DNA from: an uncultured Candidatus Saccharibacteria bacterium
GTDB lineage: Bacteria > Patescibacteriota > Minisyncoccia > Phycocordibacterales > XYD1-FULL-46-19
Assembly (NCBI GenBank): GCA_964510655.1
Contig: CAZEAY010000002.1
Span: 26,613-90,612, forward strand
Direction: 5' to 3'
DNA: 64,000 bases
Part shown: positions 37,156 through 46,330 of the stretch, piece after piece
Numbering within the stretch: the first letter of the stretch is position 1
Layout of the letters: every line of letters starts with the position of its first letter
The notes under the pieces: generated by a model
Told to the model about the DNA's origin: nothing
Databases searched by the model: none
What the model saw: only the letters and a program-made list of their open reading frames with translations
Translations under genes and position numbers: made by a program

Positions 37156-37461
37156 TTGAATATCAAAAAAGGCGACATTGTAATAATTAAAACTGGTAAG
37201 GACCTTGGTAAAAAGGGGAAGGTTTTGCATACTTTTCCAGCTTTAGAAAAAATTGTGGTAGAAGGGGTAAATCTTCGCAAAAAACACAAGCGGGCTCGCA
37301 AGTCTAATGAAAAAGGTCAGGTAGTTGAAATTTCTTCACCAATTGCTGTCTCTAACGCCGCTGTCTTTTGTTCTAGTTGTGAAAAAGGGGTACGTTTGGG
37401 GAGTAAAGAGATCAAAGGTAAGAAAACTCGAGTTTGTGTAAAGTGCGGTAAGGAAATGTAA
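37156..37461 (+). CDS. rplX: 50S ribosomal protein L24 with a C-terminal 4-Cys (CxxC...CxxC) zinc-ribbon-like tail
   Basis: It has the KOW motif IKKGDIVIIKTGKDLGKKGKV. The C-terminus is CSSCEKG...CVKCGKEM. Confidence 0.85.
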   Translation: MNIKKGDIVIIKTGKDLGKKGKVLHTFPALEKIVVEGVNLRKKHKRARKSNEKGQVVEISSPIAVSNAAVFCSSCEKGVRLGSKEIKGKKTRVCVKCGKEM

Positions 37462-37481
37462 TCAGTAAGGCAATAAATATT

Positions 37482-38015
37482 ATGAAAACTACAGCCGAAA
37501 AAATTCAAGAAAGTTACAAGACCCTAAAAACAGAGTTAGGAGTCAAAAATGTCATGGCTCTACCTCGTATTACTAAGGTGGTAATTAACTCTGGTACTGG
37601 AAAAGCTAAAGATAAGAAACGCAATGAGCTAATAGCGGATCGTTTAGCCAAAATTACTGGTCAAAAACCATCTCCTCGGGGAGCTAAGCAGTCAATTGCT
37701 ACTTTCAAACTTCGTCAGGGTGAGGTCATCGGAATGACTGTAACTTTGCGCGGGAAAAGGATGTACGGCTTTTTGGATAAACTAATTAATGTGGCTTTTC
37801 CTCGAACTCGCGACTTTAAAGGTTTTGACGAGAAGGGGGTAGATGAGCTTGGTAATATGACCATTGGCCTTCGGGAGAATATTATTTTCCCAGAGACGAC
37901 TGATGAAGAACTTAAGGATGTTTTTGGCTTTGCTATTACTATTGTCACTACCGCTAAAGACCGCAAGTCAGCCCTCGCTTTCTTTAAGGCTATTGGTTTT
38001 CCTTTTAAGAAATAG
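37482..38015 (+). CDS. rplE: 50S ribosomal protein L5
   Basis: L5 family by position and motifs. Confidence 0.9.
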   Translation: MKTTAEKIQESYKTLKTELGVKNVMALPRITKVVINSGTGKAKDKKRNELIADRLAKITGQKPSPRGAKQSIATFKLRQGEVIGMTVTLRGKRMYGFLDKLINVAFPRTRDFKGFDEKGVDELGNMTIGLRENIIFPETTDEELKDVFGFAITIVTTAKDRKSALAFFKAIGFPFKK

Positions 38016-38199
38016 ATCGTCCAGAAAAACTAAATTAACCTATATAAAGCTGTCCAATTGTCTGGGCAGTTTTTGTTTGACTTTTTGAGTATTTCTTGAT
38101 AGACTCTAGATTAGTGTAAATTAGAGATTTTTAACTGAAACCCCCTCGATTTTCCTCTTTTTTGAGGAAGTATAGGAAGGGTCATTTATTTTAATAAAA

Positions 38200-38385
38200 A
38201 TGGCAAAAACATCGGTAATCGCAAGATCTAAAAAGACACCTAAATTCAAGTCTCGTGTCGTGAGACGTTGTTTTCGTTGTGGTCGCAAACATGGTTTTAT
38301 TAGAGATTTCGGTTTATGCCGTATTTGTTTCCGAGAATTGGCTAACGAAGGTAAAATTCCAGGCGTTAAGAAATCTTCCTGGTAA
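38200..38385 (+). CDS. rpsZ: 30S ribosomal protein S14, type Z (zinc-binding, 61 aa)
   Basis: It has [23 protein letters not shown]. Confidence 0.9.
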   Translation: MAKTSVIARSKKTPKFKSRVVRRCFRCGRKHGFIRDFGLCRICFRELANEGKIPGVKKSSW

Positions 38386-38405
38386 AATAATTCAAATTCA
38401 AAATC

Positions 38406-38801
38406 ATGACAACCGATCCAATTTCAGACATGTTAATTCAACTAAAGAATGCTACTCTGGTACGCAAACCAGCGGTAACTATTCCTTTTTCTAATGTAAA
38501 GATGGAAATCGCCAAAGTTCTTTTGCGCGAAGGCTATTTAAAGTCTGCGGTCAAAAAAGGTAAAAAAGTCAAAAAAGTTTTGGCTTGTGATTTGGTGTAT
38601 GGGGAAGACAACGAACCTAAGATTCACGATGTGACTCGCGTTTCCAAACTTTCTTGCCGGGTATATATCGGTGTGAAAGAACTGAAGCCGGTCAGACAAG
38701 GTACTGGTCTCATGGTTTTGTCTACACCAAAGGGAATTATGACCAGTCAGGAAGCCAAAGAAGCCAATGTCGGTGGCGAGGTGTTATTTAAGATTTGGTA
38801 A
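38406..38801 (+). CDS. rpsH: 30S ribosomal protein S8
   Basis: It has MTTDPISDMLIQLKNA and is S8 family. Confidence 0.9.
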   Translation: MTTDPISDMLIQLKNATLVRKPAVTIPFSNVKMEIAKVLLREGYLKSAVKKGKKVKKVLACDLVYGEDNEPKIHDVTRVSKLSCRVYIGVKELKPVRQGTGLMVLSTPKGIMTSQEAKEANVGGEVLFKIW

Positions 38802-38811
38802 AAATAAACAT

Positions 38812-39348
38812 ATGTCACGTATCGGCAAAAAAATAATTAATATTCCGGAAAAAGTTGAAGTCTCTTTGAACAAGGACTTGTTAACTGTGAAGGGTCCTTT
38901 GGGAACTTTGTCTCGTTCTTTTAAACCAGTGATTGAGATAAAGATTGATGGCAAAGAAATTACTTTAAACCCTACTAAAAACGATGTTGAAGCTCGTTCC
39001 CTTTGGGGCACTTATGGTTCCCATATTTTAAATATGATCGAGGGAGTAACTAAGGGTTTTGAAAAGAAACTGACAATCGAAGGAGTTGGTTATAAGGTAA
39101 ATGTGGTTGGTGATAAAGTAGTAATGAGCTTGGGTCTTTCTCATGGAGTAGAGGTAAAAATTCCTGAGGGGATAAAAGCTGTTTCAGAAAAAAATGCCTT
39201 TGCTTTTTCTGGAATTGATAAGGAGTTGGTTGGACAGTTTTCCGCTAAGATCCGTGCTTTTAAGAAGACTGAACCGTATAAAGGTAAAGGTATTCGCTAT
39301 GTTGGTGAATTTATTCGTCGCAAGCAGGGTAAAAAGAGTACAGCCTAA
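38812..39348 (+). CDS. rplF: 50S ribosomal protein L6. The start is placed at MSRIGKK rather than at the ORF-track start 38767.
   Basis: MSRIGKKIINIP is the canonical L6 N-terminus. Confidence 0.9.
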   Translation: MSRIGKKIINIPEKVEVSLNKDLLTVKGPLGTLSRSFKPVIEIKIDGKEITLNPTKNDVEARSLWGTYGSHILNMIEGVTKGFEKKLTIEGVGYKVNVVGDKVVMSLGLSHGVEVKIPEGIKAVSEKNAFAFSGIDKELVGQFSAKIRAFKKTEPYKGKGIRYVGEFIRRKQGKKSTA

Positions 39349-39368
39349 CCGGTAAATAAATCACAATC

Positions 39369-39731
39369 ATGAAAAAAGGAAACACAAAACAACAAAGAAT
39401 CAAACGTCATCACAAAGTTCGGATGAATGTTTCAGGGACAGCGGAAAAGCCACGCTTGTGTGTTTTTCGATCTGGTGGACATATCTATGCTCAATTGATT
39501 AATGATACAATTGGTAAAACAATTGCCTCCTCTTCTGATATGGTTATTAAGTCTGAGAAAAAAGGGGATTTTGTAAAAGTTGAGAATGCTAGAGCTGTTG
39601 GTTTTGATCTTGCCCAAAAAGCTAAAGATTTGAAAATTACCAAGATTGTCTTTGACCGAGGCGGTTATATTTATACTGGTCGGGTTAAAGCTTTAGCCGA
39701 TGGAGCCCGTGAAGGCGGATTGGAATTTTAA
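39369..39731 (+). CDS. rplR: 50S ribosomal protein L18
   Basis: L18 family, 120 aa. Confidence 0.85.
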   Translation: MKKGNTKQQRIKRHHKVRMNVSGTAEKPRLCVFRSGGHIYAQLINDTIGKTIASSSDMVIKSEKKGDFVKVENARAVGFDLAQKAKDLKITKIVFDRGGYIYTGRVKALADGAREGGLEF

Positions 39732-39743
39732 ATAAAAAATAAA

Positions 39744-40334
39744 ATGGAAACACCTAACAACAAGCCAAATACAAATACCACACCAAATAGCCGACCAGGT
39801 GGTTTTGGTGGGCGTGCTACCGGAGGGACGGGTGGCCGACCTTCTCGTGGGGGAGCGGCTGGCGGTCGTCGCCCGGGTGGCCGACCTGCTCGTGCTGAAC
39901 GACCAAAACCAGAATTTGATTCTAAGATGGTTGATATTCGTCGTGTCGCCCGTGTTATGGCTGGCGGTCGTCGTTTTAACTTCTCTGTGACTCTAGTCGC
40001 TGGAGATAAAAAAGGCCGGGTTGGAGTAGGAATCGGCAAAGCCGGTGATACTACTTTGGCCATCGATAAGGCGATGAACAATGCAAAGAAGAATATGATT
40101 AAGGTTCCAATGACTAAGGAGGGTAGTATCGCTCACGAAGTTTCTGCCAAATTTGGTAGTTCTAAAATTGTCATTAAGCCGGCTAAGGGACGTGGTTTGG
40201 TAGCTGGTAGTGCTGTCCGTAACGTTCTATTTTTTGCCGGTATTCATAATGTAAATGCTAAAATTATTTCTCGAAGTAAAAATAAGTTAAATATTGCCCG
40301 CGCCGCGATATTAGCTTTAAAGCAATTGATTTAA
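39744..40334 (+). CDS. rpsE: 30S ribosomal protein S5 with a Gly/Arg-rich N-terminal extension
   Basis: The S5 dsRBD plus C-domain are present. An N-terminal GGFGGRATGGTGGRPSRGGAAGGRRPGGRP low-complexity segment precedes them. Confidence 0.9.
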   Translation: METPNNKPNTNTTPNSRPGGFGGRATGGTGGRPSRGGAAGGRRPGGRPARAERPKPEFDSKMVDIRRVARVMAGGRRFNFSVTLVAGDKKGRVGVGIGKAGDTTLAIDKAMNNAKKNMIKVPMTKEGSIAHEVSAKFGSSKIVIKPAKGRGLVAGSAVRNVLFFAGIHNVNAKIISRSKNKLNIARAAILALKQLI

Positions 40335-40344
40335 GATTACGACC

Positions 40345-40776
40345 ATGCAAATACATCAATTAAAAAGAACAAGTAAGTTAAAGAAGGGTAAGTATATTGG
40401 CCGTGGAGGTAAACGCGGAACAACCGCTGGCCGTGGTACAAAAGGCCAGATGGCTCGTACTGGACACAAATTACGCCCAGAAATTCGTGATGTGATTAAG
40501 AAGTTACCAAAACTTCGTGGTTATCGTTTTAAATCTCGTCAGGAGAAAATGTCTCCAGTAAATTTGCGTGATATTGAAAAAATGTTTGATGCTGGCGCTG
40601 TTGTTACTCCAGATGAATTACATGCTAAGAAATTGGTTAGTCTAAAGGGAGGCTTCATTCCGGTGATTAAAATTTTGGGTACCGGGAATCTAACCAAGAA
40701 AATTTCTTTCTCGGGAGTAGCTGTCTCGGCTACCGCCAAAGAGAAGATCGAAAAAGCAGGTGGTTCAGTTAGTTAA
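40345..40776 (+). CDS. rplO: 50S ribosomal protein L15. It follows S5 directly, so L30 is absent.
   Basis: It has the Gly/Arg-rich L15 N-terminus (GRGGKRGTTAGRGTKGQ). Confidence 0.85.
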   Translation: MQIHQLKRTSKLKKGKYIGRGGKRGTTAGRGTKGQMARTGHKLRPEIRDVIKKLPKLRGYRFKSRQEKMSPVNLRDIEKMFDAGAVVTPDELHAKKLVSLKGGFIPVIKILGTGNLTKKISFSGVAVSATAKEKIEKAGGSVS

Positions 40777-40888
40777 AAAATTGTGAGTCCAGTTTGAAAT
40801 AATAGGAAAAAGTAAATGAGAAGTTGTATTATGAAAGTAGCTAATGGTCGAGGGGTAAGTTTCTATCAGCAAATAAATTTCTAACGGG

Positions 40889-42160
40889 ATGAACAAATTT
40901 TTTGATAAGTTAAATATAATCTTCCGTGATAGTAATCTCCGCCGAAGAATTTTGGTGGTTTTAGGCGCTTTGGCTGTTTTTCGTTTTGCCGCTTCGGTGC
41001 CAATTCCCGGGGTAGATATTTTACGATTAGAAAATTACCTGTCAGGAAATAATTTCTTAGGTATTTTTGATATTTTGTCTGGAGGTGGTCTGTCTAAGTT
41101 GTCTGTCATGATGCTTGGAGTCGGTCCATATATTACCGCTTCGATTATTATGCAACTTTTGACTCTAATTTTCCCTTCTTTGAAAGAGCTTTATCATGAA
41201 GAGGGCGAGGCTGGTCGTCGCAAAGTGGCTCAATATTCTCGTTTGATTGCCATTCCTTTGGCGGCTTTTCAGGGTTATGCTTTTCTTACTCTTTTGGCCC
41301 GTAATGGTGTTCTTGGACAGTTGACCACTGGCGGGATGCTTTTGAATATTTGTTTGGTGGTGGCTGGTTCAATGCTTTTGATGTGGATTGGTGAATTAAT
41401 TTCTGAATATGGTTTGGGCAATGGTGTTTCCTTGATTATTTTTGCTGGAATTGTGGCTCGAGTACCATCGGCTGTTCAAGAACTATATCTCGGTTTTGAT
41501 CCATCTCAATTACCGTTATACGTCGCCTTTATTGTTGTAATGGCGGTGGTTATTGCGGGAGTGGTAGTTATTACTGAAGGAGAAAGGCCAATTCCGGTTA
41601 CTTATGCTAAGCGGGTACGGGGGATGAAGGTCTATGGGGGAGTTTCCACTTATTTACCTATTCGGGTTAACAACGCTGGGGTGATGCCAATTATTTTTGC
41701 TCTCTCAATTTTAATGTTTCCTCAAATGCTGGCCACTTTTCTTGGAGCCAGTTCCAACGCTATTTTAGTTGGAATTTCCAAGTTTTTTGCGCTAATTGTC
41801 GGTAATATGTGGGTCTATGGTTTTATTTATTTTATTCTTGTCTTTGTCTTCACTTATTTCTATTCGGCCGTTACTTTTGACCCAGAAGCTGTTTCAGAAA
41901 ACTTGCAGAAGTCCGGTGCTTTTATCCCGGGGGTTCGTCCTGGTCGCCCAACAGCTGAATTTATTGCTAATATTCTTTATCGTCTAACCCTTATCGGAGC
42001 TCTATTTTTGGGAGCCATCGCGGTTCTTCCTCTCGTCTTACAAGGAGTGACAAAAATAAGTGCCCTAGCTATTGGTGGTACCTCTCTCTTGATTGTAGTG
42101 TCAGTGGCGATTGAATTTATTAAACAGATCGAGGCGCAGATCTCGATGCGAGAATACTAA
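40889..42160 (+). CDS. secY: Preprotein translocase subunit SecY
   Basis: A 10-TM SecY architecture. The ATG is preceded by CTAACGGG as in recJ and rplC. Confidence 0.92.
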   Translation: MNKFFDKLNIIFRDSNLRRRILVVLGALAVFRFAASVPIPGVDILRLENYLSGNNFLGIFDILSGGGLSKLSVMMLGVGPYITASIIMQLLTLIFPSLKELYHEEGEAGRRKVAQYSRLIAIPLAAFQGYAFLTLLARNGVLGQLTTGGMLLNICLVVAGSMLLMWIGELISEYGLGNGVSLIIFAGIVARVPSAVQELYLGFDPSQLPLYVAFIVVMAVVIAGVVVITEGERPIPVTYAKRVRGMKVYGGVSTYLPIRVNNAGVMPIIFALSILMFPQMLATFLGASSNAILVGISKFFALIVGNMWVYGFIYFILVFVFTYFYSAVTFDPEAVSENLQKSGAFIPGVRPGRPTAEFIANILYRLTLIGALFLGAIAVLPLVLQGVTKISALAIGGTSLLIVVSVAIEFIKQIEAQISMREY

Positions 42161-42183
42161 AATTTTAGTTTATCCACTTTAAT

Positions 42184-42212
42184 CAAAAAAGGCTCTAACA
42201 GAGCCTTTTTTG
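42184..42212 (+). terminator. Terminator after secY (aaaaaaggctctaacagagccttttttg)
   Basis: A GGCTCT/AGAGCC stem with a T-tract. Confidence 0.8.
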
Positions 42213-42299
42213 ATTCTATTGAAGAAACCTAGGTCGGGTATATACTTATCTTTAGATGCCCTGGGGTATCTATCAAAAAACACAAAAGGAGTCTGATCT

Positions 42300-42467
42300 A
42301 TGTGTCAGAGATGTCTCCAGAAACCGGTTAAACCTGGTAATAAGCTCTGTCAATCGTGCCTCCAGAAGATTGTGGAAGAGCGGAAGCAGAGAGACCAGAA
42401 GCGTAAAGCTTTTAGGCACCAGAAGGTTGATCATCACGGCATTCGTTTGCCCGATGATGATAGATGA
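42300..42467 (+). CDS. Small (55 aa) zinc-ribbon protein (CxxC-N11-CxxC) with a basic tail. SD-led gene with higher GC, not in the ORF track.
   Basis: An SD AAGGAG sits at 42286-42291, 8 nt before the ATG. The ORF MCQRCLQKPVKPGNKLCQSCLQK... lies between two terminators. It is shorter than the track's 60-aa cutoff. Confidence 0.45.
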   Translation: MCQRCLQKPVKPGNKLCQSCLQKIVEERKQRDQKRKAFRHQKVDHHGIRLPDDDR

Positions 42468-42543
42468 GGGGGCCCGGAATGATTTGAACAAATCTATTTC
42501 GGGTCTTTTTCTTTGTCCTGTTTGGGTGCTATAATCGCTGTAT

Positions 42544-43146
42544 ATGACTAAACAAACTCTAATCTTTATTGGTCGCTCGGGTTGTGGTAAGGGGACTCAG
42601 GCTGATTTATTGATCGAGACCTTAAAACAAAAAGAATTGGTTTCTGATAAAGACCCCATGTTTTATATTGAGACTGGTGATAAGTTTCGTGATTTTATCT
42701 CTAAAACCAGCCATTCTAGTCGGCTCGCTAAAGCGATTATGGATAAATCAGAAAGACAACCCGATTTTTTGGCGATTTGGATGTGGTCGGATCTATTAGT
42801 GACAAATTTGATGGGTGATGAACATATTATTTTTGATGGCACCCCGCGTTCGCTCAATGAGGCGATGGCCTTAGAGACAGCTTTGAATTTCTTCCAAAGA
42901 GATGAGGTTAAGGTAATTTATTTAGATGTTTCTGCTGCTTGTTCTAAAGAACGAATGATTGCTCGCGGACGAGCTGATGACAAAACTAATGGTGATATTG
43001 ATAAACGTTTGGCCTGGTTTGAGGCTGATGTTTTGCCCGCCGTAAAATATTATGAGTCTAATCCCAATTATAAATTTATTCGGGTAAATGGTGAACAGAC
43101 AATTGAAGAAGTCCAAGCTGAATTAATCAGTAAATTGGGATTGTAA
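42544..43146 (+). CDS. adk: Adenylate kinase-family NMP kinase
   Basis: The P-loop GRSGCGKGTQ matches the adenylate kinase GxPGxGKGTQ loop. It sits in the canonical position after secY. Confidence 0.6.
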   Translation: MTKQTLIFIGRSGCGKGTQADLLIETLKQKELVSDKDPMFYIETGDKFRDFISKTSHSSRLAKAIMDKSERQPDFLAIWMWSDLLVTNLMGDEHIIFDGTPRSLNEAMALETALNFFQRDEVKVIYLDVSAACSKERMIARGRADDKTNGDIDKRLAWFEADVLPAVKYYESNPNYKFIRVNGEQTIEEVQAELISKLGL

Positions 43147-43150
43147 GATT

Positions 43151-43912
43151 ATGATTAAGCTCAAATCAGAAAAAGAAATAGAAATCCTACGTGAAGGAGG
43201 AAAACGCCTGGCTAGTATTCTTCAGGCGGTAAAAGCTAAGGCTTTGCCGGGTGTTACGACTAGTGATTTAGATGATTTTGCTGTTCAAATGATTAAAGAT
43301 TTAGGAGATAAGCCCGCCTTTAAGGGTTATCGCCCAGAGGGCTCATATTTGGCTTATCCAGCCACCCTTTGTGTTTCAGTTAATGAAGAAATTGTCCATG
43401 GTATTCCTAGTAATCGAGTCTTAAAAGAGGGAGATATTGTTAGTCTAGACTGCGGGATTATTCATGAAGGTTTGTATACTGATTCGGCGATTACCGTAGG
43501 GGTTGGAAAAATTACTCCTGAATTAAAAAAACTGCTAGCTGTAACAGAAGAAGCTCTTTATCGGGGGATTAAGTTAGCTAAGCCAGGCAATCGTTTGGGT
43601 GACATTGGAGCGGCGATCGGAGATTTTATTAAAGAAAATGGCTATGGTTTAGTGGAGGAATTGTCTGGTCATGGAGTGGGTTATAAACCCCACGAAGAAC
43701 CCTATGTGCCAAATTTTGGTAAACCAGGAACGGGTTTAGAATTGAAATCTGGTTTGGTGATTGCGATTGAGCCGATGGCGGCGATGGGGACGAGTAAAAT
43801 AAAATTGGAAAAAGATGGTTTTACCTTTTCTACTAAAGATGGAAAGCCCGCTGCCCACTTTGAACATACAATTGTCATTACCGAAACCGGTCACGAGATT
43901 TTAACAAAATAA
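43151..43912 (+). CDS. map: Methionine aminopeptidase type I
   Basis: Pita-bread fold motifs are present (metal ligands D, D, H, E, E in VSLDCG, ITHEGL... contexts). Length is 253 aa. Confidence 0.85.
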   Translation: MIKLKSEKEIEILREGGKRLASILQAVKAKALPGVTTSDLDDFAVQMIKDLGDKPAFKGYRPEGSYLAYPATLCVSVNEEIVHGIPSNRVLKEGDIVSLDCGIIHEGLYTDSAITVGVGKITPELKKLLAVTEEALYRGIKLAKPGNRLGDIGAAIGDFIKENGYGLVEELSGHGVGYKPHEEPYVPNFGKPGTGLELKSGLVIAIEPMAAMGTSKIKLEKDGFTFSTKDGKPAAHFEHTIVITETGHEILTK

Positions 43913-43937
43913 AAGTTATTAGGTTAATTATATTTTT

Positions 43938-44522
43938 ATGAAAGATCCGAAGGAAGAAATTACTTACGTCATGATTAAACCCGATGGTGTGCGAAAAGGT
44001 TTGATCGGGGAGATCATTCGCCGATTTGAACAACGTGACCTAAAGATTGTGGCTCTGGAAATGTTTCAACCTACTAAAGAAAAAATGAATGACCATTATC
44101 CAAAAGATGAAGCTTGGATTACCAGACTGGGAGGTAAGACGCTTTCTACTTACGAAAAATATGGTTACAGTGCTAAAGAAGAATATGGTACTGATGATCC
44201 AAATACTATCGGTCAGATGGTTCGTGGGTGGCTCATTGATTATATGATTTCAGCTCCGCTGGTTAAAATGGTGGTAAAAGGTACTCATGCCGTTGACATG
44301 GTGCGTAAAATTGTTGGCCCAACTTTGCCTTATGCAGCTGAGATGGGCACTATTCGTGGCGATTACTCTGTTGACTCTCCTTTGGTGGCAAACAAGGAAC
44401 GTCGGGCGGTTATGAACCTAATTCATGCCTCAGAGACTCCGGAAGAAGCAAAACACGAAATCGAACACTGGTTTGGTGACTTTAAATTGCATGATTATCG
44501 GAGGTTTGGTGTTGATGTATAG
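43938..44522 (+). CDS. ndk: Nucleoside diphosphate kinase (with an internal insertion)
   Basis: It has YVMIKPDGV.GLIGEII.RFE and the active-site region NLIHASETPEEAKHEIEHWF. Confidence 0.8.
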   Translation: MKDPKEEITYVMIKPDGVRKGLIGEIIRRFEQRDLKIVALEMFQPTKEKMNDHYPKDEAWITRLGGKTLSTYEKYGYSAKEEYGTDDPNTIGQMVRGWLIDYMISAPLVKMVVKGTHAVDMVRKIVGPTLPYAAEMGTIRGDYSVDSPLVANKERRAVMNLIHASETPEEAKHEIEHWFGDFKLHDYRRFGVDV

Positions 44523-44542
44523 TATAAGAGTTAATCTGACAG

Positions 44543-44568
44543 AAAAAGCCCTTAAATAAGGGCTTTTT
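44543..44568 (+). terminator. Terminator after ndk (aaaaagcccttaaataagggcttttt)
   Basis: An AGCCCTTA/TAAGGGCT stem with a T-tract. Confidence 0.8.
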
Positions 44569-44695
44569 CTGTGGTTATGTCTTTTCAGCATTGACTTATT
44601 GATAAAAATATGATACACTAAATAAAGTAAACAATTATGCTCTTATCGGGCATTTTTAATTTTTAAAGACCTGGTCTTTGAAAAGGAGCACAGGT

Positions 44696-45031
44696 ATGAA
44701 TCTCACACGGGTTGAATTGTTGTGTATTTTGATTTTGATTACCGCCTCTTTGTTGCTGGTGGGCAGAATCAATTCACCAAAGAAACCAGTAGTACTCGGC
44801 GGTCTTGAACCGTCAGCTGAGATGCTGATTGTTCACCCTCCTCCACCTAAGGTGAAGGATTTTCATGAGACGGCCATGCCGCGGAACACCTCCGCCTCTC
44901 TTCCTGAGATCGACCCGACCGAGGAGAAGCTGAACAAGCTGGGACTTAGTCTGGTTGGAGGTTCCACTATGAATCTGTCTGGGTTGAGTACTAATACTTC
45001 TGCCACGACAGCGTCGTTACCCGTCCACTGA
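44696..45031 (+). CDS. Small secreted/membrane-anchored Pro/Ser/Thr-rich protein (111 aa), on a high-GC islet
   Basis: An SD AAAGGAG sits 7 nt before the ATG at 44696, and an inverted repeat AAGACC/GGTCTT lies just upstream. It has an N-terminal TM helix. G+C is clearly above the window background. Confidence 0.5.
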   Translation: MNLTRVELLCILILITASLLLVGRINSPKKPVVLGGLEPSAEMLIVHPPPPKVKDFHETAMPRNTSASLPEIDPTEEKLNKLGLSLVGGSTMNLSGLSTNTSATTASLPVH

Positions 45032-45087
45032 CCCGATGATTATCATTTGGTCATAAATTTCACCCCGTTGAAGATAAGGAGCTCACG

Positions 45088-46245
45088 ATGAAGCGGAGTT
45101 TGTTGGGATTGCTTTTCCTGGCCCTGTTTTTGGGACAGATGTCCTGGGCGGTGGAGCTTACGGCTCCCAAGCCCATGACCACTGATACGATTGACGTGCG
45201 CAACATTGCGCGCGCCATCCTGTCTCATCAGGATACTGTTGCCTACAGTGGTAACTTCGGCTACGAAGTGACCCATCTGGATGGTAATGTGGTTTCGACA
45301 CAGGGCACGTTTGAGGGGCGTTATTTCCCCAAAGACGGTCGGGAAATCTTTATGTTTACCGCATTGTCGGTATCATACGACGGGAAGAACCCCATCATTT
45401 ACACCGGTGATCCGTTTGAGGTTTTTCCCTATCCGATGAAGGGGACGGCGAAAAATCTCTGGATCGGAATCAATGGTTTCGACCAGAACGGCCAACCGAC
45501 TCGCTATGGCTCTTTCGCCACCTCAGTGTGGGAGAAAGGTCAACCAATCATCTTTGGAATGAGGCCTGGCTATCTGCCGGTGATCATTCCTTTCAGTTTG
45601 AATGGTCGAGACCCAGCCGGTGTGGGTTTGATCATTGATGGTTGGGGTGGAGTGCCCTTTGGCTATAGCTCAGACCGTGGAGGTTTTGTGGCCTGGCTCG
45701 ACCCATCCACGTTGTACGGCGGTCGAGTTGTCGACTTGTTCAATGGACAGGCGACAATTTTGACTATCCCCAGTTTCAGTTACGGTGATCTGCCATCTTC
45801 AACTGAACCACGTGGTAGCATCGCAAACTTTCAGTGGGAAAGTGGCGTGAACTCGATTAAGTTCGAGAAAGGCTTCTACGACCCTCGTGGCGATGGACAT
45901 TACAATACGTCCATTGTTGAGGAGGGGAAACTTGTCCCGGCCGCAGTGTATATTGTGGAGCCGGGAGATCTGCAGACTTCAGCTCTGTACGGTGCCTTGT
46001 TGGACTTCGCTGGGCGGCTTCAAATTGAAGTTTTTACCGCTCCCGGCCAACGTCTGGTACTGTTGGATAAGTCGTGGAGTAGTCCTTCCCAGGTTCTCAA
46101 CTTTGAGGTGCCGGCCGGCTATCATTCGGTTATGATTACCGTGACCAAATCGAACGGTCCGGTGGCTATTCCCGAATGGTATGTCTGGGACCCGAACAGG
46201 TTTTACCTGATGGTGGGACGCAGTGGCCAGGGTGGAAAGGGCTAG
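45088..46245 (+). CDS. Secreted protein of unknown function (385 aa, signal peptide), on a high-GC islet
   Basis: An SD TAAGGAG sits 6 nt before the ATG. It has the signal peptide MKRSLLGLLFLALFLGQMSWA. G+C is about 50-55% by eye, versus roughly 38-40% for flanking genes. Confidence 0.6.
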   Translation: MKRSLLGLLFLALFLGQMSWAVELTAPKPMTTDTIDVRNIARAILSHQDTVAYSGNFGYEVTHLDGNVVSTQGTFEGRYFPKDGREIFMFTALSVSYDGKNPIIYTGDPFEVFPYPMKGTAKNLWIGINGFDQNGQPTRYGSFATSVWEKGQPIIFGMRPGYLPVIIPFSLNGRDPAGVGLIIDGWGGVPFGYSSDRGGFVAWLDPSTLYGGRVVDLFNGQATILTIPSFSYGDLPSSTEPRGSIANFQWESGVNSIKFEKGFYDPRGDGHYNTSIVEEGKLVPAAVYIVEPGDLQTSALYGALLDFAGRLQIEVFTAPGQRLVLLDKSWSSPSQVLNFEVPAGYHSVMITVTKSNGPVAIPEWYVWDPNRFYLMVGRSGQGGKG

Positions 46246-46295
46246 TGTCTGAGCCATTGTTCTTTGTTCTAATTAATCGGCCGATATGTTCGTTT

Positions 46296-46330
46296 GCCCG
46301 ACCAAGCTTTGCTCTGGTCGGGCTTTTTTT
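46296..46330 (+). terminator. Terminator (gcccgaccaagctttgctctggtcgggcttttttt)
   Basis: A GCCCGACCA...TGGTCGGGC stem with a T-tract. Confidence 0.75.

Noticed and set aside
40818-40886. 22-codon ORF (MRSCIMKVANGRGVSFYQQINF) in the rplO-secY gap as a degenerate L30/L36
   Set aside because: It is too short, has no similarity to L30 or L36 motifs, and lacks the L36 Cys/His pattern. It is most likely non-coding leader sequence for secY.
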